NCBI GenBank assembly: GCA_038727095.1
Contig: JAVYWK010000003.1
Coordinates: 1 to 64,000, forward strand
Direction of reading: 5' to 3'
Source: Thermofilaceae archaeon
GTDB lineage: Archaea > Thermoproteota > Thermoprotei > Thermofilales > Thermofilaceae
DNA: 64,000 bases
The notes below the pieces were generated by a model, which worked only from the letters and a program-made list of their open reading frames with translations, did not search any database and had not been told where the DNA came from. The position numbers were made by a program, and so were the translations under genes. Shown here piece after piece: positions 36,587-46,683 of this stretch (its first letter is position 1; every line of letters begins with the position of its first letter).

Positions 36587-38755
36587 TTAAACTTCCCGCT
36601 GACCGCTCCCGCTACCTCGCCCTAGGTACGCCAGTAGGAAGCCTGCTACTATAGCGATTACAGCCGGATCCCTCAAAGCATCAAGAATCTCCATTAGACG
36701 CTCTGAAAACGTTTCAGCCAGGTAGAAGACCTCCCCTGCCACTCCCACGCCCACGAACTCCACGTATCCGCTGTTAAGCAGAACAACCGTGGGAAAAGCC
36801 GAGACGTTGAAAAGAGCGGCTAGTTCAGCGTTTCTATCAAGCGCCCATATCCAACTAGTTGCGTTCACTTCTGCAGCATAGCTCCTAAGCGAGCCTTCAT
36901 CATCGTACGTCGTTGGAGCCAGCATGATCATCTCAACGTTGAGCTCCTTCAGCTTTGGTATGAGGAGAGAACAGCCGGTACACTTAGTGTAGAAGAAAAC
37001 CAGTACTCTGACACCTTCATTCAACTCTATCACTTTTCCGTTTATATCTATGACGGAGGGAAGGTTGGAAAGCCTTACCCTTGCATGATCGTACTCAATT
37101 TGCGTGTACTCACGCAGCTTTGAGCGTATCAAGCTAACATTCACCGTGCGCACCTGCCGTTCTTCATCTGGCTGTTCAGGAGAAACTGTACTGCAACCCA
37201 CGGACAGTAGTACGTTGTGTGTTACCCCCGCTAGAACCGTGACGCTTGTGCTGTTGCTGCATTCTTTAACATGGGCTACCACTCGATACTCTCCAGGTGG
37301 TAACTGGAGCAGAAGGCTCTTCAGCGTGCTACTATTTACAGTCCGCCCCTCCTTATCTAGGATCTCTATTGCTACCCCGTCAATCCCGAAAACCGTGATG
37401 TTCAAAAGGCCTTTAAGGGAAAGAGATGTTTCTACTTCCCTTTCTTCTTCTGGCACAAGGTTGATGACAATTCTCTCATCCACGGCTCCGATAACGAGGG
37501 AGGTATGGTTTCGCTTAAAACCTTCTTTCCATACTGCCACTGTATATGTGCCAGGAGGCAGTTTGAGAACTGCTACGCCGTTGTTACCAACTTGTACTGT
37601 TAAGTTTCTTTCCTTTATATTTATAAATGCGTACGGTTCCGTGATTATCGTTACGTTAACTTGACTCTTATCAACAGTTTCAGATCTAACTAAGCTCAGG
37701 ACACTATGACCGTAGAGAACTACCGCCCAGGAAGCACCCTCAGCTACTACGCGTGGCGTCCAAGGGATGGGGTAAGAAGCTACGCTAAAAGTAAGCCCTT
37801 TAACTATGATGAACGATGGAGCAGCCACAGCGGGCTCACGCTCGAAAATGAGTAAAGCGTAACCCCTTTCGCCCTTGGGGGGATCGATCACTCGGATAAC
37901 GGAGTCGCGGTGTACTCTGAAGAGAGAAACAGCGCCGGTGCTGGGGTCTCGAGTAAGCACGTATCCTACACCCTCGCTCATTCGCACATCCAGAGGTCTA
38001 CCGGGAACCTTGAAACTGCTCTTCTGCCCATTAACTAGGTCGTAGTAGAGTCCTTGACCATCAGCGACGCGGACAGCTACCATCGCGCGCGTATCTGCAT
38101 CGATTTTGCACTCGCCGAACCTCTGGATGAAAACATAATCGTAGGTTGTCAAGTCGTAGAGGCTTACAAAGGTGTCATCGAGCTTACAGATCTCGCACGT
38201 GGTGTCAATCCATGTTAGCAGCATAAGGTTGCCCACTATCTTTACGTCAAAAACGTAGACCAGCCTACCATTCTTCAGATCACGTACAAGTGTGATAGCC
38301 TTTAGGTTAGTATCGTAAACTAGTAATCTATCAAGCCTTACAAATCCTTTCTCAGTTCTATAATTATACTTTTGTATAAAAACAACCCATCGACCTCTTA
38401 TGATAGCCCTGTACGCATCTCCATCGAAGGCTATCTCCCTTCTGATGATAGAGTTAGTGAAAGGGTTTAAGTATATTACCGTACCGTTACTAAAGGCGAC
38501 GGCTAGCGTTGCATCATCGAGGAATCCCATGCCTATTGGTAGCGTATCGTAGGACAATCTCACGCTACTAGTAGGTTCGAAGCTAGGCATTGAAAAAGCT
38601 GTAATGGAACCGTTCGCGAAGGCTAGCACCAGCGTTTTATCACTAAAAGCTGTCGCAACAATATTGGATTCCAGCTCAAAAGTAGATACCTTTGGTTGCG
38701 CAAAGGCGAAAAACAATGTAAAAGCTACGGTTGCTAGTACCATCAGCTTCTTCAT
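36587..38755 (-). CDS. Secreted multidomain protein: beta-propeller-like, PEGA-like repeats, thioredoxin-like CxxC domain, C-terminal anchor
   Basis: Signal peptide, LPPG.Y.V repeats, FFYTKCTGC and FNVSAFPT, C-terminal TM helix. Confidence 0.7.
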   Translation of the reverse strand: MKKLMVLATVAFTLFFAFAQPKVSTFELESNIVATAFSDKTLVLAFANGSITAFSMPSFEPTSSVRLSYDTLPIGMGFLDDATLAVAFSNGTVIYLNPFTNSIIRREIAFDGDAYRAIIRGRWVVFIQKYNYRTEKGFVRLDRLLVYDTNLKAITLVRDLKNGRLVYVFDVKIVGNLMLLTWIDTTCEICKLDDTFVSLYDLTTYDYVFIQRFGECKIDADTRAMVAVRVADGQGLYYDLVNGQKSSFKVPGRPLDVRMSEGVGYVLTRDPSTGAVSLFRVHRDSVIRVIDPPKGERGYALLIFEREPAVAAPSFIIVKGLTFSVASYPIPWTPRVVAEGASWAVVLYGHSVLSLVRSETVDKSQVNVTIITEPYAFINIKERNLTVQVGNNGVAVLKLPPGTYTVAVWKEGFKRNHTSLVIGAVDERIVINLVPEEEREVETSLSLKGLLNITVFGIDGVAIEILDKEGRTVNSSTLKSLLLQLPPGEYRVVAHVKECSNSTSVTVLAGVTHNVLLSVGCSTVSPEQPDEERQVRTVNVSLIRSKLREYTQIEYDHARVRLSNLPSVIDINGKVIELNEGVRVLVFFYTKCTGCSLLIPKLKELNVEMIMLAPTTYDDEGSLRSYAAEVNATSWIWALDRNAELAALFNVSAFPTVVLLNSGYVEFVGVGVAGEVFYLAETFSERLMEILDALRDPAVIAIVAGFLLAYLGRGSGSGQREV

Positions 38756-39210
38756 ACCGTTTCGCTCTCCTTGAAGAGCAACTTAAAAGGTATTCCGTTG
38801 AGCGTCTGAACTAGAAGGCTTAGCCCTCCCCCTGCGGTTTTTGCCTCCCTAGCTAAGCGAGAAATCGCATCTCTCACTCTTATCAGCGCGGTTAACGTAT
38901 CTTTAAGAGCCGCGAGAGTTTCTTCAACTACGACGAGTTCATCCACGGCCCTGGCACTGATAACGACCTTTATTCCCATGAAGTCCACTTCGTTTATCGC
39001 CTTGATTTGCTCACCGACGAGCTTGCTCAGCATCTCCTCTAGCATTCTAACCCTCTCCGCTCTACCCTTCAGTACTGCGTACCTCTTTTCAAGGATATCT
39101 ACCTTAGCTTTAAGTTGACTTATCTGCGTGTCTAAGTACTCTAGGAAGTCCTCGACGCTCGTGAATGTCAGCAAGTCATACGACATGTTGCTCAAGTTGC
39201 GATCCAGCAA
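38752..39210 (-). CDS. Hypothetical coiled-coil protein
   Basis: Helix-beta-helix ORF, operonic between uppS and the secreted protein. Confidence 0.6.
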   Translation of the reverse strand: MLDRNLSNMSYDLLTFTSVEDFLEYLDTQISQLKAKVDILEKRYAVLKGRAERVRMLEEMLSKLVGEQIKAINEVDFMGIKVVISARAVDELVVVEETLAALKDTLTALIRVRDAISRLAREAKTAGGGLSLLVQTLNGIPFKLLFKESETV

Positions 39211-39236
39211 GTGCTAAATATACGTAGCGGTTCGCT

Positions 39237-40076
39237 TCACGCACCGAACCGCCTACTCCTCTTCTGGTACGTCCTTAAAGCCCGGAGGAAGTCAATCCTT
39301 CTGAACTCAGGCCAGTAAACGTCTAGGAAAACTAACTCCGAGTAGGCGATTTGCCAAATAAGGAAGTTGCTAATCCTCAGTTCCCCGCTCGTGCGTATAA
39401 CCAGGTCCGGGTACGGGTTCGGCAAGTGCGATGTTTGCAGGTACCTTTCGAAGATTTTTTCATCTATATCTTCGATCTTCAGGACACCCTTTGAAACATC
39501 TTCGGCGATCCTTTTCGTAGCCTCAACGATTTCCGCTCGCCCTCCGTAGGCCAGCGCCACGTTGAGAAACCTCTCATCGAAACTCTCCGTCCTTCTTTCA
39601 AGCTCTCTCACGCCTATCGCGATATCCGGTGGGAGGAGCTCTAGGAAGCCGAGAGCTTTTACCCGAACCTTCCTTTTTACAAGCTCACTTACCTCAAGCT
39701 CCCTTTTAAGGTACTCCCTGAGTATGCCCAGCAGAGTGTTTACCTCTGCTGGATCGCGCCTCATCAGGTTCTCCGTTGATAATGTGTACAGCGTCACAGT
39801 TTTCACGCCCAAGTCGTAGCACCAGTTCAGGAACTCTCTTACACGCTCAGCACCTTCTCTGTATCCCTCTTCGCACGAAACACCCCTCTCTCTAGCCCAC
39901 CTTCTGTTGCCATCCAGGATCACAGCTATGTGTGAGGGTATCCTTCCTGCGCTCAACACCTCCTCCTCTAGTAGCTTCTCGTAGAACTTGTATACGCCGA
40001 GCGTTGCAGCTGTTCTTCTAACCAGTCGAGCGATTCTACGCATCTGGATCCCCGGCAACTTTTTCCTGTGACCCAA
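39237..40076 (-). CDS. uppS: Cis-polyprenyl diphosphate synthase
   Basis: HIAVILDGNRRWA, STEN, YGGR.EI and RTSGE.RISNFL.WQ motifs. Confidence 0.95.
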   Translation of the reverse strand: MGHRKKLPGIQMRRIARLVRRTAATLGVYKFYEKLLEEEVLSAGRIPSHIAVILDGNRRWARERGVSCEEGYREGAERVREFLNWCYDLGVKTVTLYTLSTENLMRRDPAEVNTLLGILREYLKRELEVSELVKRKVRVKALGFLELLPPDIAIGVRELERRTESFDERFLNVALAYGGRAEIVEATKRIAEDVSKGVLKIEDIDEKIFERYLQTSHLPNPYPDLVIRTSGELRISNFLIWQIAYSELVFLDVYWPEFRRIDFLRALRTYQKRSRRFGA

Positions 40077-40087
40077 CTCTACCCGGT

Positions 40088-40396
40088 GTGAGAGGTAGGG
40101 GGTTTGGTATTATAATAATGTCTGCTTCGCTGTGCTTCGGAGCAGTTTACATCGTATCCTTCCTGAGGTGGCTTCGAACAATAGCCGAAACGTTCAAGGG
40201 AGAGGCATGGAGCTGGTGGGTAATCGCCCTGCCGATTCTCGCGATCGTGGTTTTTGCCGTCTTCTTCTCCTCCTGGATAGGGTGGGTAATCGCCTCAGCA
40301 AGCGAGGCTAAAAAGGCTGAACTGTTGAAGCCGCTCAACGACGTTTCTCGGCGATCGAACGGGCAAACTGTAGGAGAAGGTCGTAGTCCTCTCTGA
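40088..40396 (+). CDS. Small membrane protein
   Basis: Two TM helices with a WIGW motif. Confidence 0.55.
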   Translation: MRGRGFGIIIMSASLCFGAVYIVSFLRWLRTIAETFKGEAWSWWVIALPILAIVVFAVFFSSWIGWVIASASEAKKAELLKPLNDVSRRSNGQTVGEGRSPL

Positions 40397-41102
40397 CATG
40401 CCGTGTAGGCAGGACGAGCCCACGCGGCTCATAATCAAGTACGAATAGCCCGTCATAGCCTCTCTCGATAAGCCCCTTGATGATTGCAAATGCGTTGAGG
40501 CTTGCTGCACTCGTGACACGAGTTGCCCTTCCGTCCCGTGTGAAACAGACGAGCTTCACAGCGGCTAATTGCCCAAAGTTGGCTAAGGAGAGCTCGAGCA
40601 TTTCGTCTGTAGTTAGACTTGGAGTTGGGGATAACGAGTATTTAAAAATCCCGCCCAGAAACTTTGACACGAGCGCTGATAACTGGGGCAGAATGTCTTT
40701 TGAAGGTTCTAAAACCACTTTTTTGGCGTATGTTGCAGCCGATTGGAAGACCCGGTTTAACGCATTAACGGTACTCTCGAAGTTCCCTTCATTAACAGGC
40801 ATCACTACGTATTCTGCGCCTACCTCGTCTGCGAGTATCAAAGCTTTTTCGAAACTCTCTTCACCAACAATACCCAAACCTTCAGCGATCTTCACTGCCG
40901 CTATACTAGCCTCCGCATCAGAAAGAGGTTCTGTTACGTCGATGATACCGAGGTTTACGAGATGCTCACTACTGAGCACTAACTCCAGGGGGATGTCTAG
41001 GAGGTACCTCAGCTTCTCCGCGCACGCAGATGTCTCATCGAACACTACGCTATAGCAGATCACGTGTTTGTAACCAAAGGGGGAGCCTATATCCTTTCGC
41101 AC
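40335..41102 (-). CDS. Degenerate xylose isomerase-like TIM barrel protein
   Basis: LA..VGAEYVV, VVLEP and RGYDGLFVLDYE motifs. Confidence 0.55.
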   Translation of the reverse strand: MRKDIGSPFGYKHVICYSVVFDETSACAEKLRYLLDIPLELVLSSEHLVNLGIIDVTEPLSDAEASIAAVKIAEGLGIVGEESFEKALILADEVGAEYVVMPVNEGNFESTVNALNRVFQSAATYAKKVVLEPSKDILPQLSALVSKFLGGIFKYSLSPTPSLTTDEMLELSLANFGQLAAVKLVCFTRDGRATRVTSAASLNAFAIIKGLIERGYDGLFVLDYEPRGLVLPTRHVREDYDLLLQFARSIAEKRR

Positions 41103-41156
41103 GGTCTCGGCTCTGGCACGACACGCTTATAGTGAGCCTGACGGAGGCCTAAACCC

Positions 41157-42053
41157 GTGGCTCTCAGCGATAGCAGTGACGCGCTCAGTATCGAGGATAT
41201 ATACACCGTGCTCGGAAACCCCATTAGAAGGAAAATCGTAGAGATCATTGCGGAGAGGGGGGCCGTTTCGTTCACCGAGTTGAAACGCAGCCTAAATCTG
41301 AGCGTTGGCGCGCTCTATTACAACCTGGATGGATTAAAAGACTTCATCACAAAGGATGAGAACAGGAAGTACGTTCTGACTGCAAAGGGGGTTACGCTCT
41401 ACAAGGCTATGAAGGAGGGGGACGAAGCCATCAAGAGAGCGTTAGAAGAGCAAAGAAGCACTTTTAAACTCCTTGACAGTTACGTTCTCCGCTACCTCGT
41501 ACCCCAGCAGCTGTTTATCCCGTTGTACAGGAACAATACTCTCAGCCTAATCGTTGCTATGGCTTGCATGACCCTAGGTCTACTCACTTCTTTATTCACG
41601 CGGCTTCCTCTTAAAATCCTGGAAGTTGAACAAGTTCCAATAAGTTCTTTTAACGAAGCGAGTTCTTTTATATTAAAACGAGGATATTTAATTTTCCTTA
41701 ATTATACAATAAGTGTCTTAATACTTTTGATCGTAGTACAGCTCAGCACGAGGTTCTTAACTCGTAATAGGCCACCCCTTCTGGGGCTTTTAGCTGGCCT
41801 GCTAGTTGCACAGCTCCCCCTCTACGGCTATATGTTAGTTCAATGGATCATAACGGGATGGAGCTACCCCAACGTTCCGACTCAGACGATAGTCGCTTTA
41901 GCCGTCACATTCAGACTCTTTCAGGTGGTCAGCTTATGCTTGCTCACCGCCGCAATATCGGTCTTCTACAGGTTCAGTAGGGAACGCAGCTTCCTCATCA
42001 CCTCTCTCCTGCTGTACATCAGCTTCTTTGCCAGGCACCTGCTTCCAGCATGA
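41157..42053 (+). CDS. ArsR-type wHTH fused to a multi-pass membrane domain
   Basis: LGNPIRRKI ... FTELK ... G.LYYNL followed by TM helices. Confidence 0.75.
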   Translation: MALSDSSDALSIEDIYTVLGNPIRRKIVEIIAERGAVSFTELKRSLNLSVGALYYNLDGLKDFITKDENRKYVLTAKGVTLYKAMKEGDEAIKRALEEQRSTFKLLDSYVLRYLVPQQLFIPLYRNNTLSLIVAMACMTLGLLTSLFTRLPLKILEVEQVPISSFNEASSFILKRGYLIFLNYTISVLILLIVVQLSTRFLTRNRPPLLGLLAGLLVAQLPLYGYMLVQWIITGWSYPNVPTQTIVALAVTFRLFQVVSLCLLTAAISVFYRFSRERSFLITSLLLYISFFARHLLPA

Positions 42054-43336
42054 GCTTCGAAGGAGTTTCGCCCTACGCCTTCAGGCTGGCCTCCCTCACG
42101 CTGGAGCTCATCGAGAGGAGGAGGACTTCCCTAGAGGTGGCGTTTCAGAAGGCTCTCAACAGCGTTGGCAGAAGCGACCCCCATGCATTGAAGCTTGCCA
42201 GGAGAGCGCTGCTAAGCTTCGCTAAAGCAGACCTTTTGCTCGAGGCTAGCGGGCTTGGGAACATACCATTGAGGCGGAAATGCGCTTACAGAGTCGCATT
42301 CGCTCTGCTGGAGGAGGGCGTTTATGTGGGGCGATTAGAAGCTGGCCTATTAAGCGACCGGTTGCGCGCTCTGCTAACGCGGAGAGCGCTCGAAGAAGTG
42401 ACGCATCTAGTCTCCGGCCTCCCTCCCACGCAACGCCTAGCCGTAGAGAACTCCTTCCCACCCTGGATTATCGATGAGATCTCAAAGCACCTCGGGTTGA
42501 GGGAAGCTGAGAAGCTCGTGAAGGCCTGCAGTAGGAGGACAATCTGGATCAGGATCAACGAGTTGAAGATAAGCCGCGCGAAAGCTCTCAATGCTCTCCG
42601 CAGATACGCTGATTTGCGTGAGGACAAAGAGTTTCCCGAGGTTTTGGAGCTCGTCGGGGTGGAAGATCCCCCGCCCGACGTGTTGAAGATAGCTGAGAGG
42701 GGCCTCATCGTGATCCAGGATAAGGGCAGCGTCGCCGTGGCCCATGCCCTAGGCGATTCGAGGAATCTCCTCGTGATGGACGCAGCTGCAGCACCGGGGT
42801 TGAAAACATCTCTGTTGCAGCAGCTTTCCAGCAACGAAGCTGAAATCGTGGCGGTCGACGTCTCGCGACGCAGGCTAGACGAGATGAGAAAGCTGCTATC
42901 GAGGTTGGGCGTACGCAATGTACGACTGCTGCTCGCGGATTCTAGGATAGCCAAATTTACCAGGAAGTTCGATAAAATCCTTCTAGACGCACCCTGCACG
43001 AACACGGGCGCTATAGCTAGCGACCCTGCGCTCCGCCTTGTACTCTGGAAACCTGCTGGCATCGATAAGTTCCCTCTCCTTCAGAAAAGCCTTCTTACCA
43101 ATACACTCGAACACCTCAAAGATGGGGGGGATCTGGTCTACTCGACCTGCTCTCTGCTCAGTAGTGAGGGTGAATCCCTCATCGAAACTCTCCCGCTTGA
43201 TTGGTTGAGCTCTGAGGGGCTGTGGGGTTTGCCGGGCTATCAAAACTTTGCGTGCAGTAGTAGGGTTCGTAGATTGTTTCCGCATATCCACAGAACCACG
43301 GCTTTCTTCGTAGCTAAAATTAGACCTCATAGTTAG
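42050..43336 (+). CDS. RsmB/NOP family m5C RNA methyltransferase
   Basis: IQDKGS, DAAAAPGLKT, LLDAPCT.TG and VYSTCSL motifs. Confidence 0.9.
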   Translation: MSFEGVSPYAFRLASLTLELIERRRTSLEVAFQKALNSVGRSDPHALKLARRALLSFAKADLLLEASGLGNIPLRRKCAYRVAFALLEEGVYVGRLEAGLLSDRLRALLTRRALEEVTHLVSGLPPTQRLAVENSFPPWIIDEISKHLGLREAEKLVKACSRRTIWIRINELKISRAKALNALRRYADLREDKEFPEVLELVGVEDPPPDVLKIAERGLIVIQDKGSVAVAHALGDSRNLLVMDAAAAPGLKTSLLQQLSSNEAEIVAVDVSRRRLDEMRKLLSRLGVRNVRLLLADSRIAKFTRKFDKILLDAPCTNTGAIASDPALRLVLWKPAGIDKFPLLQKSLLTNTLEHLKDGGDLVYSTCSLLSSEGESLIETLPLDWLSSEGLWGLPGYQNFACSSRVRRLFPHIHRTTAFFVAKIRPHS

Positions 43337-43382
43337 CATAGAGAAATAAGGTAAGAAGAAAGTAAACAAGGAAAAGAAGTTG

Positions 43383-43787
43383 TTAAATTACTGGCCTGAA
43401 CTTTATACCGTATTCTATGATTCCACTCGACGACTGCTCCCTGAACTTCCTGAATACACCCTCGACCTCCATTCCAACCCTTACTTCGTCTGGCCTCACG
43501 TCGGTGAGTTGCGCTAGGATTCTCGCCCCGTTCTCCAGCTCGACGATAGCGATCACGTAGGGCTCCCGCCCTTCAAAACCCCTAGGTGGGTGCCTTATCA
43601 CGGTGAAGATAACCACCTTCCCTCGCCTGGGCAATTCAATAGGTTCTAGCCCTTCATAGCCACAGAAGGGGCACACTAACCTGTGCGGGTAAGTGACGTT
43701 ACCGCAGGAGGGGCATCGACCCCCTATCAGCCGGTACTTCCTAACCCTCTCCCTCCAAACCCTCGGGACACTCTCAGTCCAAACCAT
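43383..43787 (-). CDS. DUF35 Zn-ribbon/OB-fold scaffold of the thiolase-HMG-CoA synthase complex
   Basis: C..CG..YP.R..CP.C motif, OB fold, and gene context. Confidence 0.92.
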   Translation of the reverse strand: MVWTESVPRVWRERVRKYRLIGGRCPSCGNVTYPHRLVCPFCGYEGLEPIELPRRGKVVIFTVIRHPPRGFEGREPYVIAIVELENGARILAQLTDVRPDEVRVGMEVEGVFRKFREQSSSGIIEYGIKFRPVI

Positions 43788-43788
43788 T

Positions 43789-44958
43789 CTACCTCACCCT
43801 TTTCAGCACGTTTACTGCGATTGTTCCAGCTACACCTCCGAAGTTCTGAGCCATACCTATTTCAGCTTCGCTAACCTGGCTAGGCCCTGCTTTACCCCTC
43901 AGCTGGAGCACAACATCGAGGATCTGGTAAACGCCGGTTGCTCCTACGGGGTGCCCCCTCGCCTTCAGCCCGCCCAACGTGTTTGTAGGAATCTTACCGC
44001 CCGGCTCCAGCTCTCCCTCAACAACTAAGCGGCCCCCCTCACCCCTTGGTGCGAAGCCCGTAACCTCAAGGGAGAGAACCCCCAGTATGGTGAAGGCGTC
44101 ATGCACCTCAAGCACGTCGATGTCGTTGACTTCAACTCGTGACATCCTCATAGCGGCTTCTACAGCTCTGCGGAAGGCGGCAGCGTCGAGCGGATCCTTC
44201 CGCTCGTGTACACTTAACACGTTGGTAGCCACGGAGCTCCCGATCACCTCAACGATCTCGTCGTGAGGGTTCCTCTTGAGGAAGTCCTCGCTGCACAGTA
44301 TGAGGGCGGCAGCTCCATCACCGACCGGGGCGCACTCGAGCAACCTTATCGGGTCGGCGATAAGCGGTGAGCTCATTACCTCCTCGAGGCTGACAGCGCG
44401 CCTGAACTGGGCGTAGGGGTTTGCCACAGCCATCTTGTGGCAGTGCACGGCGAATGAAGCCACGTTCTCCTGCTTAACACCGTACTTCTCGAGGTACAAG
44501 CGGTAAAGGAGGGCGTTCAACCCTACGAACGATGCCCCAGTGAATACAACGTACTCCTGGTCCTCAGCTGTGGCTAACGCAGCCGTGACATCGCTTGGCA
44601 GAGCATCCGTCATTTTCTCAGCACCTACCACTGCTACGCAGTCGTACAGACCGGAGGCTACAGCTAGGTAGGCCTGGTGGAAGGCCACTCCACCGCTGGC
44701 GCAGGCAGCCTCGACTTTGCACGCTGCTACGCCGGGGATACCCGCCCACGTTGCAACCAGCGCGCCTAGGTGCTCCTGACCCTGCAGCTGTCCCGACATC
44801 ATGTTGCCAACGTAGAGCGCTTCAATCTCCTTCTTGCTGATACCGGCATCCTTAACCGCCGCTAGCAGAGCCTCAACAGCAAGCTCCCTAAGCGATTTAT
44901 CCCAGTGCTCCCCGATCTTCGTAGCCCCAGCCCCAATAACGTAGACTCTGCCCGCCAT
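43789..44958 (-). CDS. Acetoacetyl-CoA thiolase (archaeal)
   Basis: EAACASG, DGAAA, EVHDAF and GHPVGATG motifs. Start ATG 44958. Confidence 0.92.
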   Translation of the reverse strand: MAGRVYVIGAGATKIGEHWDKSLRELAVEALLAAVKDAGISKKEIEALYVGNMMSGQLQGQEHLGALVATWAGIPGVAACKVEAACASGGVAFHQAYLAVASGLYDCVAVVGAEKMTDALPSDVTAALATAEDQEYVVFTGASFVGLNALLYRLYLEKYGVKQENVASFAVHCHKMAVANPYAQFRRAVSLEEVMSSPLIADPIRLLECAPVGDGAAALILCSEDFLKRNPHDEIVEVIGSSVATNVLSVHERKDPLDAAAFRRAVEAAMRMSRVEVNDIDVLEVHDAFTILGVLSLEVTGFAPRGEGGRLVVEGELEPGGKIPTNTLGGLKARGHPVGATGVYQILDVVLQLRGKAGPSQVSEAEIGMAQNFGGVAGTIAVNVLKRVR

Positions 44959-44960
44959 CT

Positions 44961-45995
44961 CTAAGCCACCTTCAACAGGCCTTTCTGTTTCGCGTACTGG
45001 GCGTAATCTACGTACACCTTCTTTGATAGGAGCCGTTCTAAGGAACTCTTCTTCCTCCCTACGTTCTCGGTTGTAACGAGACATATCGCATCTGACCCGG
45101 CTCCGGAGCCGAAGGAAACCACCAGTATCCTCTGCCCCGGCCTTGCGTGGTCCAAAACCCTAACGAGGCCGATCAAAGAGGCTGCGGCATAGGTGTTCCC
45201 TATCTCACCGCAGACAAGCCCGAGCTTTACTTGCTCCTCTTTGAATCCGAGCATCTGCGCTGCTCTAAGCGGAAACCTCACGTTCGGCTGGTGGAACACT
45301 ACGTAATCGAAGTCGGAGGGCTTAAAGCCGGCCTCCTCCATCAGACCCTTTGCTGCTCCAACAATATGGTGGAAGTACGCTGGAGCTCCCGTGAACCTGA
45401 AAGTATGCCTTGGGAACCTCTCTCCCTCGCGCCTCCAGAAGTCGGGAGTGTCGGTTACGTAGGAGTACGCGTACTCGATGAGGGCGACGGCCGACTCGAC
45501 CTCCCTGGATAGGAGGAGCGCGGCTGCACCGGCACCGGCAGTGTAATCCAACTCATCCCCCGGTCTCGCCTGAGCGTTGTCGGTTCCGACGGCAAGACCG
45601 TGCTTTATCGCCCCTCCGGCGATGAGCCCCGCGACTAGAATCGCAGCAGTCGTCCCAGCTTTGCAGGCGAACTCCATGTCTATCGCAACAACGCGCGGCG
45701 TCAAGCCCAGAGCTTCAGCGATCACAGTCGCCGAGGGTTTAACAGCGTAGGGTGGAGATTCCGAGCCAACGAGGAGCGCACCAACCTCCTCACGCTTGAC
45801 ATTCGCCATCTCCAAGGCCTCCCTAGCCGCTTCGCAAGCCATTGTCAGAGAATCCTCATCGAGCCCCGGCACGCTCTTTTCTCTTACAGGTTCGTCCTCA
45901 CCACTCCAGATGCGCGAGATCTCTGAACCTTTAACCCTGTAAAAAGGTACGTAGGCTCCGTACCCCAGTATTCCGACGCTAGTCGTAAGCTTCAT
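44961..45995 (-). CDS. Hydroxymethylglutaryl-CoA synthase
   Basis: GSES.PYAVKP, EFACKAG, FHQPN, GNTY and SFGSGAGSD motifs. Confidence 0.95.
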   Translation of the reverse strand: MKLTTSVGILGYGAYVPFYRVKGSEISRIWSGEDEPVREKSVPGLDEDSLTMACEAAREALEMANVKREEVGALLVGSESPPYAVKPSATVIAEALGLTPRVVAIDMEFACKAGTTAAILVAGLIAGGAIKHGLAVGTDNAQARPGDELDYTAGAGAAALLLSREVESAVALIEYAYSYVTDTPDFWRREGERFPRHTFRFTGAPAYFHHIVGAAKGLMEEAGFKPSDFDYVVFHQPNVRFPLRAAQMLGFKEEQVKLGLVCGEIGNTYAAASLIGLVRVLDHARPGQRILVVSFGSGAGSDAICLVTTENVGRKKSSLERLLSKKVYVDYAQYAKQKGLLKVA

Positions 45996-46035
45996 CGCCT
46001 ATCGCTCGGGGTGCTGTGCAACAACTATTTGAGGG

Positions 46036-46605
46036 ATGCGCGTCGGTCAGAGTTACGGTATGGAGGAACTGAAGCCCCTCTCGTTCAGGCTAAGGTATTA
46101 CCCGGTGGTACTGGTATCTCTCGTAACCCTAATTGCGGTGGGGGCAAGCCTACCCGTCCCTGAACCATTATTACAGGAAGTCTACACACAGTATCTCGAG
46201 CGCGTGAAAGAGCTTAGGAGCCTACTAATTAACGCGACGATGCGCGAGAAAGTAGTGTACCAGTTCTTCTTCAGCAGCGTGGGCAGCGTCCTCGCTTCGG
46301 CTACACCAGTAGTAGGCCCCTTCTTCACGGCTTACACCTTAACCTCCGTAGGCGTAGGTGTGCGGGCAGTCGCTGCTGCGGAATCAGGGACACCGCTTTA
46401 CCTGCTACTCGCCACGCTCCTTGACCCCTCAGTCTGGATCCTCCTTCTAGCGTACACGGTGGCCGTAGTCGAGAGCGCCTATCTCACGCAGGTTATCACG
46501 CGGAGGAATCGACTCTGGTTTGAGCTAACCTTTGCTATGCTAGCTTTAGCGGCAACCTTAGCCCTGATCTCGGCTACGCTAACTGTGGTGCTCGCCACCT
46601 TATAG
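46036..46605 (+). CDS. Membrane protein (SpoIIM/DUF95-like)
   Basis: Multi-TM ORF with a TPVVGP motif. Confidence 0.55.
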   Translation: MRVGQSYGMEELKPLSFRLRYYPVVLVSLVTLIAVGASLPVPEPLLQEVYTQYLERVKELRSLLINATMREKVVYQFFFSSVGSVLASATPVVGPFFTAYTLTSVGVGVRAVAAAESGTPLYLLLATLLDPSVWILLLAYTVAVVESAYLTQVITRRNRLWFELTFAMLALAATLALISATLTVVLATL

Positions 46606-46683
46606 GCGCCGGCTTCGACCGTTAGAGTCTACAAAGAGGGTCTTTAAATAAAGTAAATTTTCCTCCCTTTCACGGGAGCCTGG

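Noticed and set aside
40477-43062. Long antisense ORFs such as 40477-41055 and 42322-43062 (and similar ones elsewhere)
   Set aside because: Shadow frames of well-supported genes, with S/T/A/R-rich composition and no motifs.
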